Assembly (NCBI GenBank): GCA_038209745.1 | Contig: JBBQXJ010000002.1 | Coordinates: forward strand, 1-64,000 | Length of the DNA stretch: 64,000 nt | Direction: 5' to 3' | Origin: Verrucomicrobiota bacterium | Lineage (GTDB): Bacteria; Verrucomicrobiota; Verrucomicrobiia; Limisphaerales; CANJSG01 | Shown: positions 51,474-61,593 of the stretch, in pieces | Numbering within the stretch: position 1 is the first letter of the stretch | How the letters are laid out: the number at the start of each line of letters is the position of its first letter | Translations under genes and position numbers: made by a program | The notes under the pieces: generated by a model | What the model was told of the DNA's origin: nothing | Seen by the model: the letters and a program-made list of their open reading frames with translations, nothing else | The model's database searches: none

Positions 51474-51784
51474 GTGATGAAACGTATTGGAACGACGATG
51501 GCCACCTCCATGGGCTTGGGTCTGCTGGGAATCGCGGAAACGGGAATGCGGGCGCAGAGGACGTGGATCACATCACCCGGAGGGAAATGGAATGTTCGTG
51601 GGAACTGGGACTCCGGCGTTCCGGCCGGGGGGATTACGGCGGCAAATTTCGGGGGACTCAAAAACTCCGCAGTCTGACGATCAACACGAACGGCTTCGTC
51701 GTCGAGGCGGACGGAGGCTTCTGCTTCACCAACGCCGTCAATGGCGTCGTTGGCTTCGAGCAATTCATGATCCTGCAGCAGTAG
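51474..51784 (+). pseudogene. Possible remnant of a large secreted protein (N- and C-terminal pieces only)
   Basis: Signal-like MKRIGTTMATSMGLGLL + TW..GGKWNVRGNWDSGVP; another frame gives TNGF..DGGFCFTNAVN..QFMILQQ*. Confidence 0.35.
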
Positions 51785-51892
51785 TTCGGCCCGCGGCTCC
51801 GCGCGCACTGGAGCTTCCAGCAATGGACGCTCCCTTTTTGTGCACGCAGAGAAGGCTTGGATCTTCGGCCGCCGCGCCTAGGTTTTCGTGCG

Positions 51893-53218
51893 ATGTCATG
51901 GCGAATGCTGATTCGGATTTGCGTTCTGACCGCCGTGCTGGGCGGGACTTCGGCTTGGGCCGAGGTCACGAACGTCGTCGTCATCATTTCCCCCCACAAC
52001 GAATCCATCCGGACAGAATTCCAGGAAGGATTCAGCCGGTGGCATTCGGAGCACTTCGGATCGCCGGCGAAGGTCGACTGGCGCGACGTTGGCGGTACCA
52101 CGGAGGCGCTCCGCTTCGTGTCTTCGGAGTTTGCCAACAAACCGGGCGGCATCGGCATCGACATCTTCTTCGGCGGCGGGCCGGAGCCGTATCTCTTCCT
52201 GGCCGACAAGGGACTCGTCCAAGCGTATCGTCCCCCGGCCGAGGTGATGGCGGGGATACCGCAGAACCATGGCGGCGTGGAGATCTACGATCCGGAGTTC
52301 CGCTGGTTCGGCGCGGCCCTTTCGAGCTTCGGGATTCTGGAGAACACGCGGGTGCAGCGCATAACCGGGCTGCCCTTCATCGAGAAATGGATCGATCTCA
52401 CGCGGCCGGAACTCTTCGGCTGGGTCGGGGCGGGGGATCCGCGGAAGAGCGGCTCGATGAACACGATGTATGAGACCCTGCTCCAGTTCTACGGCTGGGA
52501 AAAAGGCTGGGACATCCTCAACCGGATCGGCGGGAACGTCCGGCGCTTCGACCTCTATTCCACCTCCACGGCCAAGGACGTGACCCTCGGTGAAACCGCC
52601 TACGGATTGGCCATCGATTTCTACGGCTTCACCCAAGTGGCCATCGGAGGGCGGACGAATGTCGCCTTTGTGCTGCCCAAGGACTTCACCGCGCTGAACG
52701 CCGACGGCATCGCCATTTTGAAGGGCGCTCCCAATCTGCTCACGGCCCAGCGCTTCATCGACTTCACGCTCGGAGTGCCCGGTCAGAAGCTGTGGTTCGT
52801 GGAGAAAGGGCGTCCGGGCGGCGCCGTCCACGAGTCCATCGACCGGATGTGCGTGCGACCGGCCTTCTACACCGAGTTGAAGGACGTCTCGAACATCCAG
52901 TTCTCACCCTTCGAACTGGAGAGCGCCTTCCACTACGACAGCCAGCTGGCCCGGGAACGGCGCGACGTGGTCGCGGCTTTGATCGGAGCTCTGTTGGTGG
53001 ACACCCACGACGAGCTGAAACAGGCCTGGTCCGCGCTGCTCAAACGCGGGTCGACCGCGGAGGATCTGGCCCGCTTCGCCACCGTGCCCATCACCGAAGC
53101 GGCGGCGATGTCCCTCGCGAAGAATCAATGGAAGAATCCAGCGATCCGGACCCGGCTCAAGATCGATTGGCAGAGCTGGGCGCAGGAGAAATATCGGAAG
53201 ATCGCCAAACACGAATGA
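51893..53218 (+). CDS. ABC substrate-binding protein (Fe3+/polyamine/thiamine class)
   Basis: Signal peptide; ISPH, DVGGT, DIFFGGG, DPRKSGS, IAILKGAPN. Confidence 0.85.
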   Translation: MSWRMLIRICVLTAVLGGTSAWAEVTNVVVIISPHNESIRTEFQEGFSRWHSEHFGSPAKVDWRDVGGTTEALRFVSSEFANKPGGIGIDIFFGGGPEPYLFLADKGLVQAYRPPAEVMAGIPQNHGGVEIYDPEFRWFGAALSSFGILENTRVQRITGLPFIEKWIDLTRPELFGWVGAGDPRKSGSMNTMYETLLQFYGWEKGWDILNRIGGNVRRFDLYSTSTAKDVTLGETAYGLAIDFYGFTQVAIGGRTNVAFVLPKDFTALNADGIAILKGAPNLLTAQRFIDFTLGVPGQKLWFVEKGRPGGAVHESIDRMCVRPAFYTELKDVSNIQFSPFELESAFHYDSQLARERRDVVAALIGALLVDTHDELKQAWSALLKRGSTAEDLARFATVPITEAAAMSLAKNQWKNPAIRTRLKIDWQSWAQEKYRKIAKHE

Positions 53219-53290
53219 ACACGAAGCGACACGAATCGGAACGAAGCCGCCGCCCAGCAGGCTTTTGGTGTGCATTTGTATCCATCCGTG
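53209..53290. repeat. Inverted pair of 10-bp tandem trimers (ACACGAATGA-type)
   Basis: ACACGAATGA ACACGAAGCG ACACGAAT on +; CACGGATGGA TACAAATGCA CACCAAA on -. Confidence 0.55.
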
Positions 53291-53303
53291 CTGTTTGAAC
53301 CGT

Positions 53304-54350
53304 ATGCGCGTCTTCATCGAAAACCTGGTCAAGAACTTCGGCGAAACCCAGGCGCTGAAGTCGCTCTCCTTCGAGATCTGCGACCACGAGCTCTTCTTTC
53401 TGCTCGGCCCGTCGGGCTGCGGCAAAACCACGCTTCTGCGGACGATCGCCGGCTTTTATCAGCCGGACGGAGGCCGACTTGTCTTCGGCGAAAAGAACAT
53501 GGCGGGAGTACCGCCCCACCAGCGCAACACCGGCATGGTCTTCCAGAATTACGCGCTCTGGCCGCACATGACCGTGGCCGAGAACGTCGCCTACGGTCTC
53601 GAAGTCCGCTCCGTCAGCCGCGCCGAAAGGGAGCAGCGCGTCCGAGATGCGTTGGACATCGTGCAGATGGGCATCTACGCCGAGCGGACGCCAAACCAGC
53701 TTTCCGGCGGCCAGCAGCAACGTGTCGCCCTGGCCCGGGCCCTGGTCGTCAAGCCCGACGTGTTGTTGCTCGACGAACCGCTGTCGAACCTCGACGCCAA
53801 GCTGCGGTTGGAGATGCGCGACGAGATCCGCCGCATCCACGACCGCACCCGGATCACCACGATCTACGTCACCCACGACCAGAAGGAGGCGTTGTCTCTG
53901 GCGGATCGGATGGCGGTCCTGCGCGACGGGCGCGTCGAGCAGATCGGTGATCCGCGTTCGGTCTACCGGCGGCCGGCGAACAAGTTCGTGGCCGACTTCA
54001 TCGGTGAGACGAACTGGATCGACGGTACGGTCGAATCGATCTCGGACCAGGGAATTGCGGTGCGAACGGCGTTCGGAACGGTCACGGAAATGGCGCGGGA
54101 CGGCTTTTTGATCGGCCAGAAAGTGTCGGTCGGGATCCGGCCCGAAGCGGTCAGGATCGGCGATGCGCCGGTCAACGCGTTCGATGCCCGGATCGACTCC
54201 GTGACTTATCTCGGGGAGATCGAGCAATACCGGCTGGATCTGGGTGGCGTGAGCCTCAAGGCGTTCGAGCAGAATCCGCTGGAGATCCGCAGGGTCGGAG
54301 CTGCGGTTCGGGTGCATGTCCGGCCCGAGGATGTGCTGGTTTTCGGGTGA
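53304..54350 (+). CDS. ABC ATP-binding protein (PotA/FbpC-like, TOBE tail)
   Basis: GPSGCGKT, FQNYALWPHM, LSGGQQQR, LDEPLSNLD, YVTHDQ. Confidence 0.92.
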   Translation: MRVFIENLVKNFGETQALKSLSFEICDHELFFLLGPSGCGKTTLLRTIAGFYQPDGGRLVFGEKNMAGVPPHQRNTGMVFQNYALWPHMTVAENVAYGLEVRSVSRAEREQRVRDALDIVQMGIYAERTPNQLSGGQQQRVALARALVVKPDVLLLDEPLSNLDAKLRLEMRDEIRRIHDRTRITTIYVTHDQKEALSLADRMAVLRDGRVEQIGDPRSVYRRPANKFVADFIGETNWIDGTVESISDQGIAVRTAFGTVTEMARDGFLIGQKVSVGIRPEAVRIGDAPVNAFDARIDSVTYLGEIEQYRLDLGGVSLKAFEQNPLEIRRVGAAVRVHVRPEDVLVFG

Positions 54351-54581
54351 AGCCGCTTCTGGGCGTCACGCATTCGACGGACGACTCTGGGTTTCAGAGG
54401 TCCGGATCCGTCCGGTGATGGACCCAATAGTTCTGGGGCCCGTTTGGTGAGGATCCGACGGATCTGGGGGCGCATCCACTGGCCAGTCCGTGGCATCCGC
54501 TACGGTTTTGGCTTCGAGGAAGGAAGCGGACCACCTCCGAGTCCATCTGAATTGCGAAGATTGATAAAACGGGCGGGAAGC

Positions 54582-54630
54582 CCCTCACCCTATCGGATGG
54601 GGAGAGGGTGGCTGAAAGCCGGTTGAGGGC
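54582..54630. repeat. Degenerate palindromic dispersed repeat (CCCTC..GGGGAGAGGG type)
   Basis: CCCTCACCCTATCGGATGGGGAGAGGG hairpin followed by TGGCTGAAAGCCGGTTGAGGG; single copy in window. Confidence 0.45.
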
Positions 54631-54668
54631 CCTCCACCGGTTCAATCTGTCTATCCAGGGAGATGGTA

Positions 54669-55049
54669 TCAGATCCCCTGGCGATTCGAGTAGCCGGTGT
54701 CGAGATCGTGCCAATGGTCGATGTCCTCTTCTGATTTTTCCCAGCAGAGGAAGACTTCGCGGCCTTCCCGAAGGGTCGGGAAGTCGATGAGTCCGCGATC
54801 AAGATCTTTGATCTGGATTTCCCGCTGCTCGAACTCCTGGATCACGATGCGTATGTCCCCCATGAGGCGGAGGCGCTGGTTGACGGTGGAGCCACCTGCG
54901 TCGGCGCCGGTGCCGGTGATCGCGTCGATGGTCCGTTCGGCGGAGCGGAGTTGATGGCGGAGCAGGTCGAGCCGGGCAAGCCACTGGCGGATGATGGGGA
55001 GGAGCGCACGGGCTTCCTCCAGGGTGTAGTGCCGGGTGAATTCAGGCAT
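54669..55049 (-). CDS. DUF2203 family protein
   Basis: YTLEEARALLP, IKDLDRGLIDFP, VFLCW, WHDLDTGY. Confidence 0.85.
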   Translation of the reverse strand: MPEFTRHYTLEEARALLPIIRQWLARLDLLRHQLRSAERTIDAITGTGADAGGSTVNQRLRLMGDIRIVIQEFEQREIQIKDLDRGLIDFPTLREGREVFLCWEKSEEDIDHWHDLDTGYSNRQGI

Positions 55050-55051
55050 CG

Positions 55052-56818
55052 CTAGGGAGTTTTTGATCCGGAAGCGGGGAGGTCGTCGAGCTTCTTTCTC
55101 ACCCCGTCGTCGGGCTTGGCGGCGAGCGATTTTTCCCAGGCGGCACGGGCTTCGTCCTGTTGGCCGAGGGCGCCCAGGATGTCGCCGAGATGATCGTAGA
55201 GGACCGGGTCGGGTTTGTCGGACAGTTCGACGGAGCGGCGGATGGGAGGCAGGGCGTCCGCGTGGCGACCGAGCTTGAAGAGGACCCACGCAAGGCTGTC
55301 AAGGTAGGCGGGATTGTCGGGTTCCTGGCGCAGAGCCTTCTCGATCATGGCATGCGCTTCGTCGAGGTTTTCGCCGCGGGCGGCCCACATGTAACCGAGG
55401 TAGTTGAGGGTCTCGGCGGAGTCGGGTGCGAGTTCGAGGGCCCTGCGGAAGGAGCGTTCGGAATCTTGGATCGACTTCGCCTTTTCCTGCATGGCGCCGA
55501 GCTGGAAATAGAAGCCGGCTGTCAGGAGGGAAGGATTGGAGCTGCGTGCGATGATCTCGGCGGAGGTCATCTGGTTCACGGCGTTGGTGGGATCGTCGAC
55601 GCGGGAATAGGCGAGGGCGGAGAGGAATTCTCCGAGGAACGTGGCCGAGAACCGGGTCTTGGCTTTCTTCAAGGTCTCCAGTGCGCCCTCGCCATGGTCC
55701 AGGGCGACTTGCGCGCGGGCGAGTTCGTAGTAGGCGGGTTCGAAATTTCCGTTGAGAACGAGAAAGCGCTTCAGGTAATCCTCGGCTTTTTCGTAGTGGC
55801 CGTTCTTCGCGGCGATGGAACCAAGGAAATAGTAGGCCTGCGGGAACTGGGTGGGATTGTCGCGGACGATAGCTTCCAAGTGTCCCTCGGCTTTGTCGAA
55901 TTCGCCATTACCCAGATAGTAGTTGGCGAGCTTTTCGAGGGCTGCGTCCCGGAGCAAAGGCAGGTCGGTGAGACCGCCGACCATCGCCTCGTAGACTCCC
56001 ATTGCTTTCGAAACGTCGCCGACGGCCGCGTATTGTCCGGCGATCTGGCTCAGGAGAAGAGTGTTCTCGGGGGACTGCGCCATGGCCCCGTCGAGGAGGG
56101 CGCGAAGACGGGGTTTGATCTCGTCGGCCTTGGCCGGATCGAGCGTCAGATACTTCGCATAGAGTTCCGCGGTGCCGACGAGGAAGAACGCGTCCGCTTG
56201 GGCCGCTTGATCGGCGGCCAGTTGGATGACCCGGAGGGAGTTCGTGTTTTGGCCGAGGCGAAAGTAGACCTCGGCCAAGGTCTGGTAAGTGTCGAGGCGG
56301 AGAGGATCCTTGCGGAGCGAGGCTTCGCAGGAGGTGATGGCCTGGTTCGTCAGGCCCGCGATCAGGGCCGCACGGCCGTAGAGCCCGAGGGCTTCTGCGG
56401 AAGCGTCCGGAGACTGGGCCGACTTCGCGAGGATCTCCATCGCCTTGGCCGATTGGCCGAGCTGGAGATAGCGCTGGGAAACATCGAAAAGGAGGGACGC
56501 GTTTTCCGGGTCGAGCCGGGCCGCTTTTTCGTATTCCTCCAGAGCGGCGGCCGGGGCGTCGTTCAAGTCGTGGGAAACGCCGGCGGCAAAACGGGCAAAG
56601 CCCTCGACGCGTCGCTCTGTCTCGGCGGCGGAGGCGACGGGGGAATCCGGAGGATCGGTAATCTGGTGGAACCCACCCCGGGTCGAGCAGCCGGCAAGGA
56701 CCGCGATCCAAAGGATCATCGCGGCCAGAAAGGCGGGGTGTCCCGACCACAGTGGAATCCCGCGCTCGGGGTGCTCAAGCGCTTGTCGGGGAGTCAAACT
56801 TCGCGTCGCGTCGGCCAT
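55052..56818 (-). CDS. TPR repeat lipoprotein
   Basis: LAGC lipobox; many TPRs; LNYLGY..YLDSLAW..DHLGD; start placed after the terminator at 56841. Confidence 0.85.
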   Translation of the reverse strand: MADATRSLTPRQALEHPERGIPLWSGHPAFLAAMILWIAVLAGCSTRGGFHQITDPPDSPVASAAETERRVEGFARFAAGVSHDLNDAPAAALEEYEKAARLDPENASLLFDVSQRYLQLGQSAKAMEILAKSAQSPDASAEALGLYGRAALIAGLTNQAITSCEASLRKDPLRLDTYQTLAEVYFRLGQNTNSLRVIQLAADQAAQADAFFLVGTAELYAKYLTLDPAKADEIKPRLRALLDGAMAQSPENTLLLSQIAGQYAAVGDVSKAMGVYEAMVGGLTDLPLLRDAALEKLANYYLGNGEFDKAEGHLEAIVRDNPTQFPQAYYFLGSIAAKNGHYEKAEDYLKRFLVLNGNFEPAYYELARAQVALDHGEGALETLKKAKTRFSATFLGEFLSALAYSRVDDPTNAVNQMTSAEIIARSSNPSLLTAGFYFQLGAMQEKAKSIQDSERSFRRALELAPDSAETLNYLGYMWAARGENLDEAHAMIEKALRQEPDNPAYLDSLAWVLFKLGRHADALPPIRRSVELSDKPDPVLYDHLGDILGALGQQDEARAAWEKSLAAKPDDGVRKKLDDLPASGSKTP

Positions 56819-56840
56819 GTTCGTGCGGGCAATGTGCCCA

Positions 56841-56872
56841 AAGAAAAGCAGCCCGCAAAGTGCGGGCTGCTT
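56841..56872 (-). terminator. Intrinsic terminator after the bS22-like gene
   Basis: 12-bp stem AAGCAGCCCGCA/TGCGGGCTGCTT with U-rich tail on the minus strand. Confidence 0.8.
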
Positions 56873-56908
56873 CGACATTTGAAAACTGGAAGATCCACCT
56901 GGACGGCG

Positions 56909-57010
56909 TTACTTCTGCCAAGTGCGCTTCTTGTGGCGATTCTGGCGGAGCTTCTTACGGCGCTTGTGACGATTGATCTTGGCCTTACGGCGTTTCTTCA
57001 GTGAACCCAT
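56909..57010 (-). CDS. 33-aa basic protein, bS22/AURKAIP1-COX24 (DUF1713)-like
   Basis: Hand translation MGSLKKRRKAKINRHKRRKKLRQNRHKKRTWQK*; below ORF-track cutoff; own terminator. Confidence 0.8.
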   Translation of the reverse strand: MGSLKKRRKAKINRHKRRKKLRQNRHKKRTWQK

Positions 57011-57029
57011 ACAGTTTTAATTTACAGCG

Positions 57030-57905
57030 TCAGTAGACGACTTTGTTCAACGGATACTCGATTATGCCTTCTGCTCCGGAGGCCTTTAACTGGGGGATGA
57101 TCTCGCGAACAATATGCTCGTCGATGATGACTTCCACCGCGATCCAACCGGGCTGGCTCAAAGTTGAGACGGTTGGATTACGCAATGCCGGGAGGCTTTG
57201 CAACAACTTTGGCAGGTTCTTCTGCTCGATGTTCATCTTCAGGCCGACCTTCAATTCGGCCTCCATGGCGCCCCGCAGCAGGAGGTCGAGGGTCTCGATC
57301 TTGGTCCGCTTCCATTTATCCTTCCAAGAATCGAGGTTCGCCACGAGCCGGGGGGTGGAAGTGAGGAGGGTTTCGACGATGCGGAGATTGTTGGCCCGGA
57401 GCGAAGAACCGGTCTCGGTCACCTCGACGATGGCGTCGACCAGTTCGTGGGCCTTCACCTCGGTCGCGCCCCAGGAGAATTCGACCTCGGCTTTGACCTT
57501 GTTCTTCTTGAGCCAACGAGTGGTGAGATTGACCACTTCCGTGGCGATCCTCTTTCCTGCGAGATCTTTGACCGACCTGATCTTGGAGTCTTCGGGCACG
57601 GCCAAGACCCAGCGGGTGGGCTGGCGGGAAATCTTGCTGAAAATGTATTCGGCGACCTCGTGGACCTTGGAACCGTTCTCGACGATCCAATCGTGTCCGG
57701 TGATGCCGGCGTCCAGATAGCCGTGCTCGACGTAGCGGCTGATCTCCTGGGCGCGGATCAGGCGGATCTCGAGTTCGTCGTCGTCGACGTAGGGCACGTA
57801 GGAACGGCTGCTGACCTGCACATTGAAGCCCGCCTTGGCCATCTTTTCGATGGTGGCGTCCTGCAGGCTGCCTTTGGGCAGGCCGAGTCTGAGCTTTTTC
57901 TTCAT
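57030..57905 (-). CDS. hisG: ATP phosphoribosyltransferase, long form
   Basis: [26 protein letters not shown]-terminal PTVSTL..GAEGI. Confidence 0.95.
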   Translation of the reverse strand: MKKKLRLGLPKGSLQDATIEKMAKAGFNVQVSSRSYVPYVDDDELEIRLIRAQEISRYVEHGYLDAGITGHDWIVENGSKVHEVAEYIFSKISRQPTRWVLAVPEDSKIRSVKDLAGKRIATEVVNLTTRWLKKNKVKAEVEFSWGATEVKAHELVDAIVEVTETGSSLRANNLRIVETLLTSTPRLVANLDSWKDKWKRTKIETLDLLLRGAMEAELKVGLKMNIEQKNLPKLLQSLPALRNPTVSTLSQPGWIAVEVIIDEHIVREIIPQLKASGAEGIIEYPLNKVVY

Positions 57906-58493
57906 CCTGTATTTTCGGTTCCGCCGGAGAGTCCGTGAACGGTGGAAGTCGTTCCGCTCTCGCCGCGAGTGAACCGGTTGATGTGCCAGTTCAGCGGGGG
58001 GCTTGCGACTTTTTTCTTAGTGAGTGCGACCGCTTGAGGGATTGGATTCGTACCGGAAGATCTTCGGGCGTTTGCGCGTCACGGTTCGGTCGGGTGCGCC
58101 AGCCGACCTCCAGCGAGACCTTGATGGGGCCGAGCACGAAGATGGGGAATGGCGCTTCGCAGATGGCCGATTCTCCCCCATGTTCTCCAGGAAGCGGCTT
58201 GTGATCGGGCGACAAATCGAGGGTCTGGCGGCGTATCTCTGGACACTCAAAGCTCGACCGAGACCCTGCTGACGCCCTGACCGTTCGGATTCGGGACCAG
58301 CGTGTCACGATCACTCCGCAAAGTTTTTTTGCAGTCGGCGTCTGTAGTGCTAGTCTGCTGAACAAAAGCGGTTTCGCCCCGCTTCGTCTTTTCCCCCGGC
58401 CGTAGCCGGTGGTCCTACCAAGGGAATTCTTGGAGCCTGCGGGAAAAGAAAAAATGGGGGCGATATTTGAAAAACCAGAGAGAAAGCAACAAT

Positions 58494-58790
58494 ATGAGCA
58501 CCACTGGCAACACACCGGACGAAGTCCTGGCAACCATGCGGAACGCGGTTCGCGAATCCGAAGCATTGCTCGAAAGCACGGCCGGAGCCGTCGGCGAGGA
58601 AGCAGGAAAGCTCCGCGCGAAAATCCAAAAGGCGGGCGATTCGGCGAAGGCGGCGTGCCACCGGATCGAGGAAAAAGCGCTCGAAGGGGCGAGGGCAACG
58701 GACAAGGTGATCCGGTCACATCCCTACGAGTCGATCGGCATTGCCTTTGGCGTCGGTCTTCTCATCGGTGTCCTCGTCACCCGCAAATAG
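58494..58790 (+). CDS. DUF883 / ElaB-YqjD family tail-anchored protein
   Basis: Helical N-terminus then HPYESIGIAFGVGLLIGVLVTRK. Confidence 0.88.
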   Translation: MSTTGNTPDEVLATMRNAVRESEALLESTAGAVGEEAGKLRAKIQKAGDSAKAACHRIEEKALEGARATDKVIRSHPYESIGIAFGVGLLIGVLVTRK

Positions 58791-58798
58791 GTTCTCCG

Positions 58799-59197
58799 AT
58801 GGACGGACCGGGAGATGAGAACCACGAGGGAATCGGAGCTTCCTTGAACCGGACTTTCGGGCACCTTCTGGACATAGTCCGGACTCGCACGGATCTGTTC
58901 GTTCTGGAGCTGCGGTTGGAGAAGGCGCGGCAGCTGGAGTGCATTCTGCTCTCCATCGTCGTGGGAGGATTGATCCTGCTTGGTGTCGGCGTTGTGAGCG
59001 TCGCGATCGTGATGCGATTCTGGGACGAGGCGCCGTTGACCGCACTCGGCATTTTGGGCGGATTCTATTTGCTAGGTGCCGTGATCCTCTCCTTCCACCT
59101 TCGCCGGCGTTTGGCGCGACACCAACCTTTCCGCCACACGCTGGAGGAATTGAAGAAAGACAAGTCATGCTTGGAAGATCCAAACAGCGAGAACTAG
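58799..59197 (+). CDS. YqjE-like (phage holin family) membrane protein
   Basis: TRTDLFVLELRLEK, two TMs, PFRHTLEELKKD. Confidence 0.8.
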   Translation: MDGPGDENHEGIGASLNRTFGHLLDIVRTRTDLFVLELRLEKARQLECILLSIVVGGLILLGVGVVSVAIVMRFWDEAPLTALGILGGFYLLGAVILSFHLRRRLARHQPFRHTLEELKKDKSCLEDPNSEN

Positions 59198-59481
59198 AAG
59201 CCCGCTGCCTCGAACTTGTCCGGGACAGCGCCCGACAGCGGGTGGAATTGGCGGACGCCTGCCGCGAAGTGAAGGACCATTTCCGCTGGGTGGAGACCTT
59301 CCTTTCGGTCGCCAAGTCGAGCGGGCCTCTCCTCGTGGGAGCGGCGGGCGTGGCGGGTCTCTTGCTCGGTCGCGGACGAAAAGGTGGTATTATGTCGTGG
59401 ATCCCGCGCTTGGATATTGGGGTGAAGGTCGTCGGATTTGTCCGCCAATTCCTTCGGGCTCGGAAGGAGCGCCTGCCTTGA
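59167..59481 (+). CDS. YqjK-like protein
   Basis: Third gene of DUF883-YqjE operon; LV..S..QRVEL then hydrophobic segment. Confidence 0.55.
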   Translation: MLGRSKQRELEARCLELVRDSARQRVELADACREVKDHFRWVETFLSVAKSSGPLLVGAAGVAGLLLGRGRKGGIMSWIPRLDIGVKVVGFVRQFLRARKERLP

Positions 59482-59530
59482 AGGAGGACTCGGGTTGAGA
59501 TTTCTCGACGAACGACTAGCGTTCGGGTCC

Positions 59531-60805
59531 ATGCACATAGGCGTCGCTCCGGGTCGCGGTTGGCCGTTTCCACGTTTCGGTCTCGCGGCAGTCTTCTTTC
59601 TCGGGTTGCTCGGGTCGATTTCCGGGAAAGCCCGTGCTGATTGGCCGCAGTTCTTGGGTCCCACCCGCGACGGGGTTGCTTCTTACACCAACGAGATTCC
59701 GGCTTGGACGGGCGACGGTCCAAGAATCCGCTGGAAGGTGGCGGTGGGCCAGGGTTTTGCCGGACCGGCCGTCGTCGGGGACACGGTCATTCTCTTCCAC
59801 CGCAGGAACGACGAAGAGCGACTGGAGTCCTTCGACCGTGGGTCTGGGAAGTCCCGCTGGACGAACGCGGCGCCCACGCATTATCGGGATGATTTTGGTT
59901 TCGACGAAGGCCCGCGCGCCGTGCCTGCGGTCTCGGGCGGCAATGCGTTCTGTCTCGGAGCCGAGGGCCGGTTACGCTGTGTGGAACTCGACTCTGGCAA
60001 GACCCGGTGGGAGCACTCTTTGGAAGCGGAGATGAAGGCGGACAAGGGTTTCTTCGGGTTCGCCGCGTCGCCGCTGGTGGTCGGTGACCGGGTCATCGTC
60101 AATGTGGGCGGGAATGCAGGTCGGGGGATCGTGGCGTTCGACACGGCATCCGGAGAATTGCGTTGGAGCGCGACCGATCACGAAGCGGGTTATGCATCTC
60201 CGGTGTTGCTGACGAACGGTGGGCGGCCGCTGGTTCTTTGTTTTGATCGAGCCGGGCTTGTCGCCCTGGAGCCGGCGACCGGCGCCATTCGGTTTGAGGT
60301 GCCCTGGCGCTCGCGCTCCCATGCATCGGTCAACGCCGCGAATCCCGTTCTCTTCGACGACAAGATCTTCCTCACCGCCAGCTACGGCACTGGTGCCAAG
60401 CTCATGCGATTGGCATCCGGACCGCCCGAGGAAATTTGGTCGAACGACACGTCCCTCTCTTCCCACTACGTCACTCCGATCTTCTTCGACGGGTGCTTCT
60501 ACGGCTTCCACGGTCGGCAGGAAACGGGTGCGGAATTCCGCTGTGTGGAGGCGGCGACCGGCAAAGTGCTCTGGAGCGAAGGCTCGGTGGCCATGGGTCA
60601 AATCGTGAGGCAGGGCGACCAGTTGGTCGTCCTGACGCAGCAAGGGGAATTGCTTCTCATCCGCGCCGATCCGAAGCGGTGCGACATCCGGGCCCGTGCC
60701 CAGATTGTCGGGAGCGGAACCCGGGCCGCCCCAGCCTTGGACCAAGGCTGCTTGTTCGCCCGCGACACCCGACAGTTGATCTGTGTGGAACTGCGGGAGA
60801 AGTGA
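59531..60805 (+). CDS. PQQ-binding-like beta-propeller protein
   Basis: ADWPQFLGPTRDG, GPRAVP, AASPL, GYASP, TG..LW repeats. Confidence 0.85.
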   Translation: MHIGVAPGRGWPFPRFGLAAVFFLGLLGSISGKARADWPQFLGPTRDGVASYTNEIPAWTGDGPRIRWKVAVGQGFAGPAVVGDTVILFHRRNDEERLESFDRGSGKSRWTNAAPTHYRDDFGFDEGPRAVPAVSGGNAFCLGAEGRLRCVELDSGKTRWEHSLEAEMKADKGFFGFAASPLVVGDRVIVNVGGNAGRGIVAFDTASGELRWSATDHEAGYASPVLLTNGGRPLVLCFDRAGLVALEPATGAIRFEVPWRSRSHASVNAANPVLFDDKIFLTASYGTGAKLMRLASGPPEEIWSNDTSLSSHYVTPIFFDGCFYGFHGRQETGAEFRCVEAATGKVLWSEGSVAMGQIVRQGDQLVVLTQQGELLLIRADPKRCDIRARAQIVGSGTRAAPALDQGCLFARDTRQLICVELREK

Positions 60806-60822
60806 GGAGTGCGAGGGAGCGT

Positions 60823-61539
60823 CTACTGGGGCCGCTTGCGCCCGGCCCAACCCGCCAACAATCCCAAGGCCACCAAACTCCCGGTTGCCGGTTCCGGCAC
60901 CACCACCGCGATGTGCGACATTTCGAACTGCGACTGGGCTTGGGTTGTGTCGTCGCCGAAGAACAGGAAACTCTGCTGGGCGTAGACCGGGTTCATGCTC
61001 GGGGAATAGTCCTTCACGGCTCCGGTCAGCAGGGTGGTTGCTCCGGTGGTCAGGGTGTAGGTGCCGCCCGTGATGTTCAGGTCGTATTGCAGGAGGCTCG
61101 ATCTGGTGTCGGCGCTGACTCCGGTGCCATGGGTAAAGCCGACGTTCTGCTCCCAGATCTCATTCTCCCAGAACGCAAGTTCGACCCCCTGATGGTCGCT
61201 GCCGAGCGCGATGACGCTGAATCCGGCGCGGTCGTTGCCTCCATGGCTTTCAGAAAGCACCTTGATCGTGAAGCTCACGGTGAATCCCGCCGTGCGATCG
61301 AGCACGGGGATGGAACTCGGCGAGCCGGCCTTGCCCGAGTAGCCTGCGGAGATGCCGGAGTTCGATATCGTGTCGAGAATGACCGAGGAACCGGTCAGGG
61401 TCTCGGAAGCGCCCGAAGGCACCGAAAGATAGCTCATGCCCTGCGTTGTTGGGCTGGTGCCGAGGGATCCGTCATAGACGGTGGCGGCGCCGACCGGGAT
61501 CGCGGCGAACGACAGAAGAATCAGGGGGCGGAGTGACAT
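60823..61539 (-). CDS. PEP-CTERM sorting domain protein
   Basis: Signal peptide; DRAGFSVI, FLFFGDDT; ends VPEPATGSLVALGLLAGWAGRKRPQ. Confidence 0.88.
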   Translation of the reverse strand: MSLRPLILLSFAAIPVGAATVYDGSLGTSPTTQGMSYLSVPSGASETLTGSSVILDTISNSGISAGYSGKAGSPSSIPVLDRTAGFTVSFTIKVLSESHGGNDRAGFSVIALGSDHQGVELAFWENEIWEQNVGFTHGTGVSADTRSSLLQYDLNITGGTYTLTTGATTLLTGAVKDYSPSMNPVYAQQSFLFFGDDTTQAQSQFEMSHIAVVVPEPATGSLVALGLLAGWAGRKRPQ

Positions 61540-61593
61540 GCGCGGAGGAAACCAGAACCCACCCGAGCCTGTGAAGCTTTCAGTGGCACGACG

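Noticed and set aside
54351..54580. Possible gene in the gap after the ABC ATPase
   Set aside because: Only short ORFs without recognisable motifs
58799..59197. Holin as prophage evidence
   Set aside because: Sits in a DUF883-YqjE-YqjK-like operon with no phage genes
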